Positions 8,775-18,029 of a stretch of 64,000 bases of DNA are shown here, piece after piece (position 1 is the stretch's first letter; the number at the start of each line of letters is the position of its first letter). Both the position numbers and the translations under genes were made by a program. Source of the DNA: Dehalococcoidia bacterium (GTDB lineage Bacteria > Chloroflexota > Dehalococcoidia > Plut-88900); the NCBI GenBank assembly GCA_965197645.1, contig OZ240219.1, positions 256,001 through 320,000 on the forward strand, written 5' to 3'. A model generated the notes under the pieces. The model did not search any database. It was not told the DNA's origin and saw only the letters and a list, made by a program, of their open reading frames with translations.

Positions 8775-10394
8775 CTATCCGATCTCATCGGCGAGTTGGT
8801 CAATTGCTGCCGGCGTATCCCCGTCAAGGTGGACCCAGGCCACCCGGCGCCCGGCGTTCTGTAGAGCCTTGAGGTCACCCAAGGCCTGGGCATCGGAGAG
8901 AGTACCGAAACTGAAGCCCCTGCCGGGAACGGGGACCTCGTCTTCGTGGCTGGACGTCAGCAAGAGAAACAGCCCGGAGTCCGGGCCGCCTTTGTGAAGC
9001 TGTCCCGTCGAGTGGAGGTATCGGGGCCCGTAGCCCACGGTGGTGGCCACCCCGGACCCTTCGGTAACCACGCGTCGCAGATGGGATAGTGCTTGGTCCA
9101 CGTGGGGCTCCGGACTTACATACGCCAGAATCGCCAGGTAGTCTCCGCACTCCGCAGACGTCACTAGCTCTCTCAGTGATGACGAAGTTGCCGGTACGGG
9201 CAGCTTCCCGGTATCTCGATGCGCCTGAAGCAGCGCATTGGTCATGTCCTTGCTAGCCTGAACGGCGGGTTGGTCGAAGGGGTTGATCCCCAGAATCGAG
9301 CCGGCAACGGCGGTGGAGAACTCCCACCGAAAGAACTCGGCGCCAAGGTCGTAATTGTCCCCCAACTTCAAGCCGTAGTAAGGGGCCTCTGCGACGATCT
9401 CACCGTTGCTACCGGTATGCAAATCGACGAACAACCGGTCGTCCCCATAGCTTTCCGGCGAAAGCTGAGTTTCGCCAACAATGGGAACGATGCCCTTGCC
9501 CTCTTTACCGGTGCTCTCTGCAACGAGCTGCTCGATCCAAAGCCCGATGCCATCTATGGACTGCGATGTGGTGAGGGTGAGCTTGTCCCGTCCCTCCAAC
9601 GCCAGGGCAGCCATGATTGCTCCAAGGGCAGCACCCGGGTTCTCTCGGACGGGGACACAGGGGCCGCAACTTGCCCGCATATCATCAGCCCGGTCCAGCA
9701 GCAATCTCAGATCGATTCCCAAGAGGGCAGCGGGCACCAGGCCGAAGTGAGACAGCACCGAGTACCTGCCGCCCACATCAGGCGGGTTGAGGAAGATGCG
9801 CCGGAACCCCTCCTCTACGGCCAGCTTTTCCAATGGGGTTGCCGGATCGGTGATTGCAGCGAAGCTCTGACCTGCTCGTTCCCTCCCGATCGACTGTTCA
9901 ACGATGCTTCGGAAGTAAGCGTACAGAGCGTTGGGCTCCGCGGTAGAGCCGGACTTGGAAGAGACCAGGAACAGGGTAGCCGATGGGTCGATGGAGTCAG
10001 CGGTAGCCTTAACCGAAGCCGGTATCGTGGAGTCCAGAACGATCATCTCAGGGTAACCGGGAGCACTGCCGAAAGCTTGCCGAAGCACCTCGGGCCCCAG
10101 GCTGCTGCCGCCCATCCCCAGCAATACAACGTGGCGAAATCCGGCCTCGATTATCTCAGCAGCAAAGGCCTCAAGGAACGGAACCCGTTCTCTCATCAGG
10201 TCGGAGACGGTGAGCCACCCCAGCCGGTAGGCGATCTCTCCTGGGTCCGGCTTCCATACGGTGTGGTCGCGGGCCCAGATCCTGCCGACCACGTCGGCTT
10301 TCTCCAAGCCATAGATGGTCTCCTCGACCTTGGACATATAGGCGCCAAGGCCCGCGCCCCATTCAATTTCCTGTAACGTCCTGTTCCTTTGCAT
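8775..10394 (-). CDS. pgi: Glucose-6-phosphate isomerase (Tal-Pgi type PGI domain)
   Basis: LLGMGGSSLGPE, VSSKSGST, VGGRYSVLS, EQLVAESTGKEG, NPFDQP, GPRYLHSTGQLHKGG; start placed at ATG 10394. Confidence 0.88.
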   Translation of the reverse strand: MQRNRTLQEIEWGAGLGAYMSKVEETIYGLEKADVVGRIWARDHTVWKPDPGEIAYRLGWLTVSDLMRERVPFLEAFAAEIIEAGFRHVVLLGMGGSSLGPEVLRQAFGSAPGYPEMIVLDSTIPASVKATADSIDPSATLFLVSSKSGSTAEPNALYAYFRSIVEQSIGRERAGQSFAAITDPATPLEKLAVEEGFRRIFLNPPDVGGRYSVLSHFGLVPAALLGIDLRLLLDRADDMRASCGPCVPVRENPGAALGAIMAALALEGRDKLTLTTSQSIDGIGLWIEQLVAESTGKEGKGIVPIVGETQLSPESYGDDRLFVDLHTGSNGEIVAEAPYYGLKLGDNYDLGAEFFRWEFSTAVAGSILGINPFDQPAVQASKDMTNALLQAHRDTGKLPVPATSSSLRELVTSAECGDYLAILAYVSPEPHVDQALSHLRRVVTEGSGVATTVGYGPRYLHSTGQLHKGGPDSGLFLLLTSSHEDEVPVPGRGFSFGTLSDAQALGDLKALQNAGRRVAWVHLDGDTPAAIDQLADEIG

Positions 10395-10621
10395 ATGCTG
10401 AATCGTGAGCCGGTCCCGCGGGAAGATGAACGAGTCCCAGCAGCGAATATACCATGCGGACGGGGCAAGACCAAAACGGCGCCGACGGCCTGCTGCCCCA
10501 GGGACTATGGTCGTAGACATGAGAATAATCGACCCCGAGACCGGTAGCCGGATGTACAACGAAGGGAAGGCGGGTAGACCGAGCTTCTTGGTGGTCCTAG
10601 AGGCGCCGGGGTTAGAGGTTC

Positions 10622-11323
10622 CTACTCTTTCAGGTGCTCGATCAGCCAGTCCTTCAGCAGGGCGTCCAGCTCTTCTTTACACTGGTCGAGACTGTGGTCA
10701 GCGCCCTCGTAGATCTTCAGCTCTTTGGGCTGACTGGCCCACTGGTATATGAGTCGAGCGGCGCGGAGGGGAATAATCTCATCGTCGGCCCCGTGGACCA
10801 GCAGCAGAGGTCTAGGGGCGACAGCGCCGACGTTCTGGGCGCCGGCGCTCTGGCTTGACAGGCCCACTACGGCCTTGACCTTGTCGCTATAGGGAGCGGC
10901 GGAGATCGCTACCGCACCGCCGAAGGAGTGGCCTATCAGCGCCAGCCTCTTGTACCCGACCCCCGATAGCAGGGAGACTCCGGCCAGAGTGTCCATAACG
11001 CATTCGTACAGGTTGTTCGGCTGCCGGTAGTCCAGCCGCAACGAGGCTATCCCCTGTCGGGACAGATCATCGGCCAGCCGGGCGAACATCCCGTCCGCCG
11101 GCCCGCTGGTCCCTCCCCCGGCGCCCCATACCCAGACGATGGCTGCTTCCAGCTTCTCGGCTGGGTGAAGAAGCCCGTAGATGTTTCCCCGCGTGGTCAT
11201 CACAAGCATCGCCTGGCCTGTGTGGCCTTCGGGCGGTCTGAACGGATGGTAGTCCAACACCCGGATAGTTTCGCCGCTTTCCGTCTCTTTCGGGGTCTTA
11301 TCCGGGATGTTTGGACGGGTCAT
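10622..11323 (-). CDS. Alpha/beta hydrolase (dienelactone hydrolase-like)
   Basis: GHSFGG nucleophile elbow, LLVHGADDEII, GADH. Confidence 0.82.
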   Translation of the reverse strand: MTRPNIPDKTPKETESGETIRVLDYHPFRPPEGHTGQAMLVMTTRGNIYGLLHPAEKLEAAIVWVWGAGGGTSGPADGMFARLADDLSRQGIASLRLDYRQPNNLYECVMDTLAGVSLLSGVGYKRLALIGHSFGGAVAISAAPYSDKVKAVVGLSSQSAGAQNVGAVAPRPLLLVHGADDEIIPLRAARLIYQWASQPKELKIYEGADHSLDQCKEELDALLKDWLIEHLKE

Positions 11324-11461
11324 ACGGCTCTGTACCGATTCATGATTGACTGATTCTAACAGACATTGGATTGCCTGGTAATCAAGTAAAAGTATCGCCG
11401 AGGATGTATAATCCCTAGGTTTCGTGTGGCTAGGCTCTTTGACCAGCGCAGCTGAGGGAAA

Positions 11462-12712
11462 TTGGAAGCCCAGACTGAAAACGCTCCTCCTTACCGATGG
11501 GTCATCATCACGTCGCTTACCGCGCTGACGGCGACGCACCTGACCATCATCTACACCATCGGCATCCTGCTGCCGGACATCGCCGAGGATCTGGACCTGT
11601 CCCCTTCCGAGCAGGGCTGGCTCGGCTCGTCGGTGCTCCTGGCCAATCTCTTCTTCGCCATCCCCCTGAGCACTTTGCTCACCCGGTTCCGCCCATGGAG
11701 GGTCGTTGCGCTCCTGTCTCTGGCCGTAGGGCTGTTCGGTCTGCTACAGGGCTGGTCTCCCATCCTGGCGATCTTGCTGATAGGGCGTGTGGGGTCTGGG
11801 TTGGGCTTTACGGCCGCCATGGCGCCCCGGGCCTTGCTGATCCAGCAGTGGTCCAGCCCCAGACAGCTTCCCGTTACCAACGGCATATGGATAGGCGGCG
11901 TAGACCTGGTAATGGGTATAGGTTTCTTCCTCATCCCCCTGGTCATCAAGTTGTGGGGATGGCAGAGCACCTACTACTTTCTGGGCGGCATCGGGTTGGT
12001 TCTCGCCGCCGTATGGATCATCGTTGGCCGTGAGCGGGAGACAGTAGAATACAAGAAGCGCGCCGATTCCCAGGACACCACTCCCCTTTCAGCGATTTTC
12101 AGGCATCCTGAGCTATGGATGTTGGCCCTGGGAATGACGGGTTCCATGATGGGGAATACCGGCTTTCAAGTGTTCTGGCCAAGGTTCGCGGAGGAACAGC
12201 TCGGTATCTCTCTCCAGATCATCGGAATAGCCCTGGGGCTGAGCTCATTTGCCGCCGCTCCCATCGCTTTCGTAGTGAACGCCGTGCCGACCCTACTCCG
12301 GAAACAACCCGCAGTCTTGGCCGTAAGCGGGATAGCCGTCACCGGCGTCTACATGGGCCTCCTCTTCGCCACCTCCACCCCGACAGTACTGGCGCTGGGC
12401 TTCGCCGAGGGGCTATCGAGGGCCTACTTCCCTGTGCTGATGACCATGGTGTACCAGATGCCGGGTATCAAGCCGCGGGAGGTGGGAGTCGGTCTGGCTT
12501 TCATGGAGACCTGCATATGGGGGGGCGGCGCCATCGGCCCGTTGGTGGTCGGATTCGTGGAGGAATCGACTGGCGACCTACGGCTAGCCATCATGATCAT
12601 CTCATTCGCGCCGCTGGTGCTTCTGATAACGTCGGGAATGCTAATGGCCAGACGCTGGTCCCCGATGCCCCAAGCGCCTCCCGAAAGCTCGGCGCTACCC
12701 CAGGAGCTTTGA
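11462..12712 (+). CDS. MFS transporter
   Basis: About 12 hydrophobic segments, LLPDIAEDLDLSPSEQGWL, LLIGRVGSGLG, GGAIGPLVVG. Confidence 0.88.
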   Translation: MEAQTENAPPYRWVIITSLTALTATHLTIIYTIGILLPDIAEDLDLSPSEQGWLGSSVLLANLFFAIPLSTLLTRFRPWRVVALLSLAVGLFGLLQGWSPILAILLIGRVGSGLGFTAAMAPRALLIQQWSSPRQLPVTNGIWIGGVDLVMGIGFFLIPLVIKLWGWQSTYYFLGGIGLVLAAVWIIVGRERETVEYKKRADSQDTTPLSAIFRHPELWMLALGMTGSMMGNTGFQVFWPRFAEEQLGISLQIIGIALGLSSFAAAPIAFVVNAVPTLLRKQPAVLAVSGIAVTGVYMGLLFATSTPTVLALGFAEGLSRAYFPVLMTMVYQMPGIKPREVGVGLAFMETCIWGGGAIGPLVVGFVEESTGDLRLAIMIISFAPLVLLITSGMLMARRWSPMPQAPPESSALPQEL

Positions 12713-12721
12713 TGCGTAGCC

Positions 12722-13792
12722 CTATCGGGCTGCCAGCTCCGGCATCACCTTCTCAGCGAAGAGCTTCATCGATTCCTTCACCAACTCGCTGGGTATCCTG
12801 CTCCGGCGGTTGAATTCCAGGATGAAGGTATCGATGGTGGGCAGCTGTTCCCGAAGGGCCAGCAGCTGCTCGATGCAACCCTCGGGACTGTCGTAGATGC
12901 ACTTCTGTACGGTCGTTTCGAAGGGCCAGATCATCCACCTGATGGCTCCGGGGAGCCCTTCCGGCTGCGTGTGGTCTACACCGATCGACTCCATGTACTC
13001 GATCCCGTCGGCGACATCGCTGTCCCGCCAGTTCTCCGCCATTATCCGATGCGCCTTCTCGCGGGTTTCAGCAACGAAAAACGACACGGCGACGTTAGCG
13101 GGTTGAGGACCGACTTGCCTTCTCGCCGGCTTCGCAGCCTCGAACTCAGCGAGCCTTAACGCCAGGTTAGATGCGTCCTGGGTTAGCGTGGAGCAGATAG
13201 ATCCCAGACCCAACCCGGCGGCATATTTGAAAGTGCTGCTGCTGTTAGACGCAAGGAGCAGTGGGGGGTGGGGGTCTTGGACCGGTTTCGGGAGCACGGT
13301 GATCTCTTCGGTACGCCAGTACTTGCCGCAGAAGGTGATGGTTTCTTCGGTCCAGGCCCGTTTCATCAGCTCTATGCACTCGGCTATCCGTTCACGGCTC
13401 TCCGGCAGGGGAGTGTCCGGCTTTATGCCAAAGGGTCTGCCGATGCTCCGGGCGATGGGCCCGCCGTAGGTGCCTCCCAGGCACAGGTCCAACCGGCCCT
13501 CGGTCAGGATGTCGCAGGTGGCGGCATCCATCGCCAGGTGCAGGGGATGGTGAAGAGGCGTCTGGGTCGCCAGCGGGCCGAACCGGATGTTGCTGGTCCG
13601 TTGGGCGGCGGCCGCGGCCATCATTAGAGGGACCGACATGGGGCGGGTGGGATCGAATACCGACTCGGCCAGCCAGGCGCTGTCGAAACCCAGCTTGTCG
13701 GCCAGCACGATCTCCTCGATCGTTTCCCAGTGCCGGCGGGGTACGTCCGAGCCCTCGTAACCGGGCGTCTGCCAGAACACTCCGAAGCGCAT
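12722..13792 (-). CDS. LLM-class flavin-dependent oxidoreductase
   Basis: LADKLGFDSAWLAES, HHPLHLAMDAATCDILTEGRLDL, LPKPVQDPHPP, SMKLFAEKVMP. Confidence 0.9.
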   Translation of the reverse strand: MRFGVFWQTPGYEGSDVPRRHWETIEEIVLADKLGFDSAWLAESVFDPTRPMSVPLMMAAAAAQRTSNIRFGPLATQTPLHHPLHLAMDAATCDILTEGRLDLCLGGTYGGPIARSIGRPFGIKPDTPLPESRERIAECIELMKRAWTEETITFCGKYWRTEEITVLPKPVQDPHPPLLLASNSSSTFKYAAGLGLGSICSTLTQDASNLALRLAEFEAAKPARRQVGPQPANVAVSFFVAETREKAHRIMAENWRDSDVADGIEYMESIGVDHTQPEGLPGAIRWMIWPFETTVQKCIYDSPEGCIEQLLALREQLPTIDTFILEFNRRSRIPSELVKESMKLFAEKVMPELAAR

Positions 13793-13794
13793 GA

Positions 13795-15441
13795 CTAGGA
13801 GCTCTTCTCCACTTCCCTCTGTCTCAGCTCCACCCTTCGAATCTTGCCGCTGATCGTCTTGGGCAGCTCCGTCACGAACTCGATTTTCCGGGGGTACTTG
13901 TACGGTGCGGTGGTCCTCTTCACGTGGTCTTGGAGACTCTGTACCAGCTCGTCTGAGGATGTGTGCTCGGGAGTGAGGACCACGAAGGCCTTCACCACGT
14001 CGCCTCGTACGGGGTCCGGACTGGCGACCACGGCCGACTCGGCCACCGCCGGATGCTCTATCAGGGCGCTTTCAACTTCGAAGGGTCCAATTCGATACCC
14101 GGCCGAGATGATCACGTCGTCTGCTCGGCCCACGAACCAGAAGTAGCCGTCCGAGTCCTCATACGCCTTGTCTCCAGTGAGATACCAATCGCCCTGGAAC
14201 ACCTGGCTGGTGGTCTCCGGGTCCCGCCAGTATCCGGTGAACATACCCGCCGGCCTCTCCGGGACTACCTTGACCGCTATCTGCCCCTCCTCTCCGGCCG
14301 GCAGCTCCACGCCCTCGTCGTCCAGGATGCTGATCTGGAAGCCCGGCACCGGTTTGCCCATGGAGCCGGCCTTTACCGGAAGGCACCGGTAGTTGCCCAC
14401 CAACAGCACCGTCTCCGTTTGACCGTAGCCGTCATAGATGGTAAGGCCTGTGCCGTCCTCCCACTGCTTGATCACCTCCGGGTTCAAGGGCTCTCCGGCG
14501 CTGGTGCAGTGGCGCAAGTTCCCCAGATCGTGCTTAGACAGGTCTTCCAGGACCAGGAGCCGGTAGACGGTCGGGGGTGCGCAGAATGAGGTGACGCCGT
14601 ACCGTTGGAGCACGTCCAGCGTCAAGGATGGATCGAACCGGCCCCGGCCATCGTGCTGGAGTACGGCGGCGCCCTGCATCCACTGGCCGAACAGCTTTCC
14701 GTAGGCGGCCTTGGCCCACCCCGTATCCGATATGGTCCACTGAAGGTCCGTATGCCGGAGGTCGTGCCAGTACTTGGCGGTCACCAGGTGGGCCAGCCCG
14801 TAGGATGCCTGGGTATGAAGCACCATCTTCGGGTTGCCCACCGTGCCGGAGGTGAAGTATATGAGCATCGGGTCGTCGCTTCGGGTCGGCTGCGTCTCAT
14901 CCAGGTATGGCGAAGCGTCCGCCATCGCCTGGTCATAGGAGGTCCAGCCCCTCTTTTCATCGCCCACCAGCATGAGGGTCTTTAGCGAAGGACAGCTCCC
15001 GGCGGCCTCCTCCACTCTCCCTGTGCCGTCCGCATCTGCGATGACGAGGTTGGCCTCCGCGGTGTTGATCCGGTACTCGATGTCCTTCGGCGTGCACATG
15101 GTGGTGGCCGGCATGGGCAGGACGCCCAGCTTGATCATCCCCAGCATGGCTACGTACCACTGGGGTATCCTGGGCAGCATCAGAAAGACCCGGTCGCCTC
15201 GTTTTATGCCCAGGTCGCGGAGAACGTTGGCGAATCTGTTGGACTCGGTCTTCAGGTCCCAGAACGAGTGCTGCGCCCTCAGGTCCCCCTCAGATGTCAG
15301 CGAGATTAGGGCCAGCTTGGTGCGGTCTTCCGCCCACTTGTCCACAACGTCAAACCCGAAGTTGAAGTACTCCGGCACCTCCAGCCGGAAATCGCGGTAC
15401 TCCTGCTCGTAGTTGAGCATGTTCGGGGGTTGGTCTCTCAT
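13795..15441 (-). CDS. Short/medium-chain acyl-CoA synthetase (AMP-forming, ACSM-like)
   Basis: YFTSGTVGNPK, SAGEPLNP, YGQTET, TGD, GRADDVI, PKTISGKIRR. Confidence 0.92.
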   Translation of the reverse strand: MRDQPPNMLNYEQEYRDFRLEVPEYFNFGFDVVDKWAEDRTKLALISLTSEGDLRAQHSFWDLKTESNRFANVLRDLGIKRGDRVFLMLPRIPQWYVAMLGMIKLGVLPMPATTMCTPKDIEYRINTAEANLVIADADGTGRVEEAAGSCPSLKTLMLVGDEKRGWTSYDQAMADASPYLDETQPTRSDDPMLIYFTSGTVGNPKMVLHTQASYGLAHLVTAKYWHDLRHTDLQWTISDTGWAKAAYGKLFGQWMQGAAVLQHDGRGRFDPSLTLDVLQRYGVTSFCAPPTVYRLLVLEDLSKHDLGNLRHCTSAGEPLNPEVIKQWEDGTGLTIYDGYGQTETVLLVGNYRCLPVKAGSMGKPVPGFQISILDDEGVELPAGEEGQIAVKVVPERPAGMFTGYWRDPETTSQVFQGDWYLTGDKAYEDSDGYFWFVGRADDVIISAGYRIGPFEVESALIEHPAVAESAVVASPDPVRGDVVKAFVVLTPEHTSSDELVQSLQDHVKRTTAPYKYPRKIEFVTELPKTISGKIRRVELRQREVEKSS

Positions 15442-15626
15442 GGCTGTCTCCGGTCCGGGAGTTCCTGTCGAATGGAACAGGATCGCCTGTCACCTAGAAT
15501 AGGATCGAATTTAAACAACGCCTCTCCCGTTGTCAAATGGGCATCCTTCTCCAACACAGGGCTATGCCCGTATAATATGGGGCCTAGACCAGAACGCCCA
15601 CCTGTAGCGACGGGAAAGGAACGGAG

Positions 15627-16847
15627 ATGCAGGCGTATCCGGACAGCCCTCCCCGGCTGGATAGAGTCGAGACCAGCATACCCCTCAGCTATTACTACGA
15701 CGCCGCCCACTATCAACGGGAGCTGGACATCTTCTGGCTGAGAGGCTGGATCTATGCCTGTCGCACGGATGAGGTCGCCGCACCGGGAGACTACGCGGTG
15801 GCGAAGATCGGTGATCAAGCTGTGTTCGTCACCCGAGACAGGGGCGGTCGGCTCCGGGCCTTTCACAACACCTGCAGACACCGGGGCTCGATCTTGTGCA
15901 CCAAGGCCCAGGGCCGGTTCAAGGGCGGCGCCATAGTGTGCCCATACCACGGCTGGACATATGACCTAGAGGGGAGCCTGGTCTCCACACCTCACCGGCT
16001 GCCCGTCGGGGACTTCGATATGTCGGCGTACCCTCTGTACGATGTGGCTGTCGACCAATGGGGAGGCTTCGTCTTCGTCAACCTGTCCGTCGATGGGGTG
16101 GTCCCGCTGCAGAGCGTCCTCGGCGACCTGCCCGTCCGTTTTCAGAACTACCACATAGACGAACTGAAGGTGGGACACCGGGTGGTCAGAGAGGTGGAAG
16201 CCAACTGGAAGATACTGGTGGAGAACTTTGCCGAGTGCCTTCATTGCCCCAACGTCCACCCGGAGCTGTGCCGCATAGTGCCGCTGCATGCCCGGGGGTT
16301 GCTCTACCCCAGAGAGGACCCGGAACGCCCTCCCACCGATGACCCAACCAGGGAGTTCCGGCTGGAGCTGGCCAGCCCCGAGATGGTCACCTACACCATG
16401 GACGGGACCACCAACCGACCTTTCTTCCGAGACTTAACGGATGACCAGAAGGGCAATCCCTACCAGGCGGAGGGAATGCTTCCCAACTTCTACCTCAACG
16501 TGCACCCTGACTACATCAACACCATCAGGATGCTGCCCAAGGGGCCCACCCGTACCGAGGTAACCTACGACTGGCTGTTCGAGGTCTCTACCATGGAGCG
16601 AGAGGACTTCGACGTCAAACAGGCCTACGAGCTCTGGGACATCACTTTCCTTCAGGACACCAGCAACTGCGAGTGGCAGCAGGAGGGCCTGCTCAGCCGC
16701 CGACACCACCACAACGTATACATGCCCCAGGAAGCAGGGGTCTGGTCCTTCAACCAGTGGGTGTTGCAGGAGTTGGGGGAACAGGAAGGCCCTCCGCTCA
16801 AGGGCAGAAAGCGTTGGTCGGGGTCTGTTCCCGCGCCTACCGGTTGA
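15627..16847 (+). CDS. Rieske non-heme iron oxygenase alpha subunit (GbcA/choline monooxygenase-like group)
   Basis: CRHRG...CPYHGW Rieske motif; NWKILVENFAECLHCPNVHPEL iron site; QDTSNCEWQQEG. Confidence 0.9.
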   Translation: MQAYPDSPPRLDRVETSIPLSYYYDAAHYQRELDIFWLRGWIYACRTDEVAAPGDYAVAKIGDQAVFVTRDRGGRLRAFHNTCRHRGSILCTKAQGRFKGGAIVCPYHGWTYDLEGSLVSTPHRLPVGDFDMSAYPLYDVAVDQWGGFVFVNLSVDGVVPLQSVLGDLPVRFQNYHIDELKVGHRVVREVEANWKILVENFAECLHCPNVHPELCRIVPLHARGLLYPREDPERPPTDDPTREFRLELASPEMVTYTMDGTTNRPFFRDLTDDQKGNPYQAEGMLPNFYLNVHPDYINTIRMLPKGPTRTEVTYDWLFEVSTMEREDFDVKQAYELWDITFLQDTSNCEWQQEGLLSRRHHHNVYMPQEAGVWSFNQWVLQELGEQEGPPLKGRKRWSGSVPAPTG

Positions 16848-16930
16848 AAAAGATACCCTCGTTGTTCACAATAGCGGCGTCTGGTGGTGCTCCGAAGACT
16901 CCTTGACCAGAGATCGAAAGGGGGAAGGCT

Positions 16931-18016
16931 ATGAGCGTTCAAGGTACGACTACACGGGTGGAACGCATCCATTCCTTGCGCATAATCGAGGAATACTTCT
17001 GGATGTACCTGCGTCACCTGCACACCTCGGTGTCGCAGCGCCTGGGGGAGCCGGGCATCAAGGCCCTTGAGCAGGGATACCGGACGGCGGGCCGGTACCG
17101 GGGCGAGGGACTGCGGGAGAACCCCCAGAACCTGGCCGAGGGCAACGATGCTCTAGCCCTGATGCGAGCTTGGGATGTAGCCGATCTCGCATTCACCGAT
17201 CCTGATGCCAACCTGAAAGTCGAAGGCGGGTCGGGTCGGGTAACCGTCAGTCTGCCCAACACACCCGGGAGCGCCTACTTCGCATCCCGTGAGGGCGGGG
17301 ACGTACTGGCCCCTTACTGGAGAGAAACCCTGGCGGGAATCGCCGAAGGCTACGACGACCAGCTTTCCGTGTCTCACTCCGATACATCGGCCACCGGGCA
17401 GCAGCCGTTGACCATTACCTGGACCTACTCGGGAGACACCGCCAGCGCATCCGATACCATGCCCATGGACACCTTTGCCGACGTAGCGGCCACCATCCGA
17501 ATGTCCCGAAGGACCTTCGGGGTGTTCTCGGCGCTGTGCATGTACACCTACTGGGCCCTCAAGGAACGGTTCGACGCCACGGGCGAAGAGCTGGTCAGAA
17601 CGTCGTTGTACAACTTCGGGTTCGAACGGTCGTCGGGAATGCTGGAGCAGGCCAAGAAAGAGGAACTGCCCATCAACTTCGAGACGTGGAGCGAGCTGGG
17701 CAAGGAGCGGGATCCCTACGGCACTACATTCGTGTTCAGGGGCGAAGCCCACACGTCTCCCGGCGTCATGCAGTCCTCCTGCACCTACTGCCCGTGCGCC
17801 GAGGTCTGGTCCGAGGAGGGTAACAAAGGCTTGGCCTTCGGGTACATCTACGACATGGAGGTGCACCGGGGTCTGGTCGAAGGCTTCCACCCCGGCGGCG
17901 TGGTGGCCTGGGAAAAGGTCAAGACCCGAGGTGACAAGGTGTGCAACTTCCGGTTCTCCATCCCAGAGCTGGTGACCGACACAGACCCCGAGTGGGCCCG
18001 GAAAGCCCTGCGCTAA
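16931..18016 (+). CDS. Two-domain protein, L-2-amino-thiazoline-4-carboxylate hydrolase-like / V4R-like fold
   Basis: Two similar halves (RLGEPGIKALEQGYRTAGRYRG; RFDATGEELVRTSLYNFGFERS); C-terminal CPCAEVW...GLVEGFHP...RGDKVCNFRF. Confidence 0.6.
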   Translation: MSVQGTTTRVERIHSLRIIEEYFWMYLRHLHTSVSQRLGEPGIKALEQGYRTAGRYRGEGLRENPQNLAEGNDALALMRAWDVADLAFTDPDANLKVEGGSGRVTVSLPNTPGSAYFASREGGDVLAPYWRETLAGIAEGYDDQLSVSHSDTSATGQQPLTITWTYSGDTASASDTMPMDTFADVAATIRMSRRTFGVFSALCMYTYWALKERFDATGEELVRTSLYNFGFERSSGMLEQAKKEELPINFETWSELGKERDPYGTTFVFRGEAHTSPGVMQSSCTYCPCAEVWSEEGNKGLAFGYIYDMEVHRGLVEGFHPGGVVAWEKVKTRGDKVCNFRFSIPELVTDTDPEWARKALR

Positions 18017-18029
18017 CCTGCAGCCGGAG

